NCBI GenBank assembly: GCA_965224085.1
Contig: CBDCYI010000005.1
Span: forward strand, 1,536,001-1,600,000
Origin: Candidatus Marinacidobacterales bacterium
Lineage (GTDB): Bacteria; Acidobacteriota; Vicinamibacteria; Marinacidobacterales; SMYC01
Length of the DNA stretch: 64,000 nt
Reading direction: 5' to 3'
Shown: in pieces, positions 60,409 to 64,000 of the stretch
Layout of the letters: each line of letters opens with the position of its first letter
Numbering within the stretch: the first letter of the stretch is position 1
The notes under the pieces: model-generated
The model's database searches: none
The model's input: only the letters and a program-made list of their open reading frames with translations
Told to the model about the DNA's origin: nothing
Program-made: the position numbers and the translations under genes

Positions 60409-60948
60409 TGTCTCTTCCGGGGATGGTCGAAACCCCTCGCCTTTAGGCGAAGAGAAGATCGTGGTATTGTGGTCGCGTGCGTCACTACAGGCACGGAGCG
60501 CACACGAAAACGGACCTAAAAGCGCACATCGTTTGGATACCGAAATACCGTAAAAAGGTTTTGATCGGTCCAGTAGCGGTTCGTGTGCGCGATCTGATTC
60601 GTCAGATCGCGATGGAACATGAGCTGCACATAATCTCGGGTAAGGTTGCACGCGACCACGTCCACGTGTTCGTATCCTACCGACCACACCAGGACCTGAG
60701 TACGATCGTGCAGTGGCTAAAAGGAATAAGCTCCCGAGTACTCCTTCAGGAGTTTGCTCACCTGAGGAAGAAGTTTTGGGGCCGGCACTTCTGGGCCCGA
60801 GGATATCTGGCGGTGAGTTCAGGAAGCATAACGGACGAGATGGTAAAGGAGTACATAGACTCCCAGGATGGCGAGCCTCTTCACGACGACAGTCAATTTC
60901 CAATTGACAGCCCTTGAAGCCACCGCCTTCTAGGCGGTGGTTGTTCAC
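60409..60948 (+). mobile_element. IS200/IS605-family element, tnpA only
   Basis: Left hairpin TCGCC-TTTA-GGCGA; right hairpin CCACCGCC-TTCTA-GGCGGTGG ending ..GTTCAC; preceded by TTAG. Confidence 0.8.
60477..60917 (+). CDS. tnpA: IS200/IS605 Y1 (HUH) transposase
   Basis: HIVWIPKYR, DHVH, LKG.SSR, FWARGY, EYIDSQ. Confidence 0.93.
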   Translation: MRHYRHGAHTKTDLKAHIVWIPKYRKKVLIGPVAVRVRDLIRQIAMEHELHIISGKVARDHVHVFVSYRPHQDLSTIVQWLKGISSRVLLQEFAHLRKKFWGRHFWARGYLAVSSGSITDEMVKEYIDSQDGEPLHDDSQFPIDSP

Positions 60949-60979
60949 TTCAATTAAAGTTATAATTCACACGCCGCCT

Positions 60980-62200
60980 GTGAAAATTCTCACCATTACG
61001 TCGTCCTATCCAAAGTATGCGAAAGATACGACCGCGCCTTTCATCGCTTCGATCACGAAGGCCCTTGCCAGCCGCGGGCACGAGCTCACCGTGGTGCTTC
61101 CAGCGCATCGGGATCTCGCCCTCGAGCCCGTCCCGGGCGTGCGTTTTTGCCCCTATCGCTACGCGCCGATCGAAAGTCTCAATGTTTTCGGCTATGCGGA
61201 ATCGCTTCGCGCAGACATAGCACTTCGGAGCGCGACCTATCTCGCGGCGCCGCTCGCGCTGGTCTCCGGGACCCAAAAATTGCTTTCCGAGTCGCGCAGA
61301 GAGCGCTACGACGTTGTGCATGCGCATTGGGTCGTGCCGAACGGCGCGATGGCTTGGCCGGTGTCCAAAGCTCGTGGTCTTCCGCTCGTCGTGAGCCTGC
61401 ATGGCTCCGATGTTTTTATGTCCGAGAAAAAAGGCGCCTTCCGATCCGCGGCCAAGCTCGCCTTCTCGCAGGCGCGGGCGGCGACGGCATGTAGCGACGA
61501 TCTCGCGGTACGAAGCCTCGCGCTCGGAGCAACGGAAAAACCGCGTGTCGTTCCCTACGGTGTCGATACCCGGCTTTTCGGTAACGAGCCTTCGGAGCTC
61601 CGCCCGAGTCTCGGAATCGAGAAAGATGCGATCGTGATCCTCGCGGTGGGTAGGCTCGTCCACAAGAAAGGCTTTGAATATCTTGTCGACGCCGCCGGGG
61701 CGGTAGAGGAAGGGCCCCTTCGTCTCGTCATTGCCGGGAAAGGCCATCTCGGGCCGGCTCTCGAGGAGCGCGCCCGCCAAGCTGGCGTTTACGACCGCAC
61801 CCACTTCGTCGGGAACCTCGAGCGCGATGCGCTACCGGATTACTTTGCGATGGCGGATATCGTCGCCGTGCCCTCAGTTTGGGACGGCGCGGGAAACGTC
61901 GACGGGCTCCCGAACGTTCTCTTGGAAGCGATGGCTTCGGGGACGGCCATCGTTGCCAGCGACGTCGCCGGCATCCCGCAAGCCATTCGCGCGGGCGAAG
62001 ACGGCCTTCTTGTTCCTGAGAAAGACCCCGGGTTGCTCGCTGAGGCGCTTCGAAAGCTCGCGTCCTCGAGCGATCTTCGGAAAAAACTCGGCGCCTCCGC
62101 CCGCAAGCGGGCCGAGCAAGCCTTCAGTTGGGATCTCGTGGGAGAACGTTTTGAGTCCGTTCTTCGCTCCGTCTCGGAAGCTCGCCGCCGAGCGTCTTGA
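60980..62200 (+). CDS. glycosyltransferase family 4
   Basis: HAHW, SLHGSD, GRLVHKKG, DGLPNVLLEAMASG. Confidence 0.9.
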   Translation: MKILTITSSYPKYAKDTTAPFIASITKALASRGHELTVVLPAHRDLALEPVPGVRFCPYRYAPIESLNVFGYAESLRADIALRSATYLAAPLALVSGTQKLLSESRRERYDVVHAHWVVPNGAMAWPVSKARGLPLVVSLHGSDVFMSEKKGAFRSAAKLAFSQARAATACSDDLAVRSLALGATEKPRVVPYGVDTRLFGNEPSELRPSLGIEKDAIVILAVGRLVHKKGFEYLVDAAGAVEEGPLRLVIAGKGHLGPALEERARQAGVYDRTHFVGNLERDALPDYFAMADIVAVPSVWDGAGNVDGLPNVLLEAMASGTAIVASDVAGIPQAIRAGEDGLLVPEKDPGLLAEALRKLASSSDLRKKLGASARKRAEQAFSWDLVGERFESVLRSVSEARRRAS

Positions 62201-63356
62201 ACACGGCGGCCCCCGCATCTACGACCCGCGAGAGCGGGTCGCGCTCGGGGCGCTCGACCTCGGCCTGCGCGCTCTGTCCAAGCTCGCGGGGCTTCGGCCC
62301 CGGCCAGAGCGATCCGCGACGGACGTCCGCGGCGCCCAGCGCATCCAGGCGCTCCGCCTCGACCGCATCGGCGACTTGCTGACGACGCTTCCCGCGTTGA
62401 AGGTGCTTCGCGACGCGGCGCCCGATGCCGAGCTCGAGCTCGCGGTCGGTAGCTGGAACGAGCCGATCGCGCGCCGGCTTCCTTTCATCGATACGGTACG
62501 CCTCGTCGACACCCCGTGGGCTGCGTGGGGCCGAGACGTTCGCTTCCGCGACGCGCGCCGTGCTCTTGCACCCAATCCCCCGCATCTCGCCATCGACTTT
62601 CAAGGTGACGTGCGGGTCCTGTTCCTCGTGGCCTTGTCGGGCGCGCCCCTGCGCGCTGGCTATGTGGACACCGGCGGGAGCTACCTTCTCAGCCATACGG
62701 CCCGTTGGGACGAGAAGAAGAGCTGGTACTGGCAGAACCTCGAGCTCGTGAGAACGCTCTTCCCCGGTGTAGAAACCGGGGAAGCGAGCTATCGCCCTTT
62801 TAACTTCGTCACGGCCGAGGACCGGAATGCGGCGCGAGAGCTCCTTCCCCAAGCGGCCACGCCTCGGGTCGGGATCCACCCGAGCGCCGGGCGCGCGCTC
62901 AAGCAGTGGGAAGACGAAAAATTCGCCGCACTCATCGATCTTCTATCTGAGCAGGCGAGCGTCGTGCTCACCGGCTCCTCCGGAGACCGGCTGCTCGTCG
63001 AGAGGATCGCCGCGCGCGCGCAAACCACGCCGAGAATCCTCGTGGGGACGGACCTCGCGACTTTCGCGGCCGTCGTGGAATCTTTCGACGTCTTTGTCAC
63101 AGGTGACACCGGGCCCATGCACTTATCGCACGCGGTGGGGACATCGAACGTGGCGATCTTCGGGCCTTCGGATCCGGTGCGTTACGGGCCCGAGGCATCG
63201 CTCGGTCTTAGCCGCGTCGTCCGCGAGCCCGTCTTTTGCTCGCCGTGCAACATGATCCGCAAGCCGCCTGCTGAATGCGCACGCGCCCCGGCGCCGGAAT
63301 GCATTGCCGGAATCAAAGTCGAGCAAGTGCTCGACGCGGTTCTACGAGAGTTTTAG
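62151..63356 (+). CDS. glycosyltransferase family 9 (heptosyltransferase-like); start uncertain
   Basis: RLDRIGD, IHPSAG..KQW, GDTGPMH, AIFGPSDP, CSPC. Confidence 0.85.
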   Translation: MSPFFAPSRKLAAERLEHGGPRIYDPRERVALGALDLGLRALSKLAGLRPRPERSATDVRGAQRIQALRLDRIGDLLTTLPALKVLRDAAPDAELELAVGSWNEPIARRLPFIDTVRLVDTPWAAWGRDVRFRDARRALAPNPPHLAIDFQGDVRVLFLVALSGAPLRAGYVDTGGSYLLSHTARWDEKKSWYWQNLELVRTLFPGVETGEASYRPFNFVTAEDRNAARELLPQAATPRVGIHPSAGRALKQWEDEKFAALIDLLSEQASVVLTGSSGDRLLVERIAARAQTTPRILVGTDLATFAAVVESFDVFVTGDTGPMHLSHAVGTSNVAIFGPSDPVRYGPEASLGLSRVVREPVFCSPCNMIRKPPAECARAPAPECIAGIKVEQVLDAVLREF

Positions 63357-64000
63357 AGTAAGAACCACTTTTTCACAAAGTCGATCTCTCCCGCCGAGAA
63401 GAACCCGAACAAATAAAGTCCGGCGGGGAAGACGAGCGTGGCTCCGATCTTGATGGGAAGCGCGGCCTGCCAATCGTAGGGCGCGAGCGTCGAAAGCACG
63501 TAGGCCAGCGCCGCGGCGGCCGCGATCCTCGAAAGCCGCGACCACTCGAAAGGAATCGTATAGTGCTTGTTCCCAAAATAGAACCCGAGAGCTGCCATGA
63601 GGCTGTAACCGGCGACCGTCGCCCAAGCGGCGCCGTCGATCCCGAAGCGTGGGATCCACAGGATGTTCAGGATGACGTTCAAAGTGGCGGCCGAAATAGT
63701 TATCGCGGGGTAGTAGTTCGCTTTCTTGCTGATCCCGATACCGATCGAGCTGAGGGCAAAGACCCCTTGCAACATGTAGGCGAGAACGATGATGGGGATG
63801 ACGGTGTGCGCGCTGTGGTATTCGGGTTCGGCCATGAGGAACAAAAGCTCCCGGCCAAAGACTGCGTTCAGAAGGCCGAAGCCGAAGAGCGCGGCGAAGG
63901 CGTAGGTCGCGATCCGCGCGAGCGTTCGGGCGGCATCTGGTTTTCCGACTTGCGCATAGACGAACGGGCTCCACGCAAGCTCAAAGGCAGCGAGGAAGAA
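63353..64000 (-). CDS. polysaccharide flippase (Wzx-like), partial (starts beyond the window)
   Basis: LNVILNILWIPRFGIDGAAWATV; frame open to the window edge. Confidence 0.8.
   Translation of the reverse strand, partial: FFLAAFELAWSPFVYAQVGKPDAARTLARIATYAFAALFGFGLLNAVFGRELLFLMAEPEYHSAHTVIPIIVLAYMLQGVFALSSIGIGISKKANYYPAITISAATLNVILNILWIPRFGIDGAAWATVAGYSLMAALGFYFGNKHYTIPFEWSRLSRIAAAAALAYVLSTLAPYDWQAALPIKIGATLVFPAGLYLFGFFSAGEIDFVKKWFLL

Noticed and set aside
60918-62200. tnpB / omega-RNA downstream of IS200 tnpA
   Set aside because: The right-end hairpin directly follows the tnpA stop and the next gene is a GT4; no RuvC or zinc-finger ORF

Overview
GC-rich bacterial chromosomal window, probably Acidobacteriota (inferred from an ADOP-type permease remnant, a PEP-CTERM protein and a bacterial Tes-like radical SAM). 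It has about 50 intact genes, many internally deleted gene remnants and two mobile-element hot spots (12.1-15.6 kb; 56.1-60.9 kb). No rRNA, tRNA or CRISPR array was seen. Main highlights: (1) an 8-kb locus of three paralogous ATP-grasp ligases, a peptidase-S51-like hydrolase and two esterases built around glycogen synthase, with its two arms joined by a 28-bp palindromic bidirectional leaderless promoter; it is a candidate uncharacterised glucan- or peptide-storage/modification system; (2) a tetraether-synthase (Tes)-like radical SAM next to a 2Fe-2S protein; (3) a GT2 / nucleoside phosphorylase / TauE / SPL-like radical SAM operon; (4) a (hydroxy)proline-catabolism-like cluster with aconitase X and a LarA homologue; (5) CTAG-targeting IS elements and MITEs. 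All calls come from motif recognition by eye; no database searches were run.
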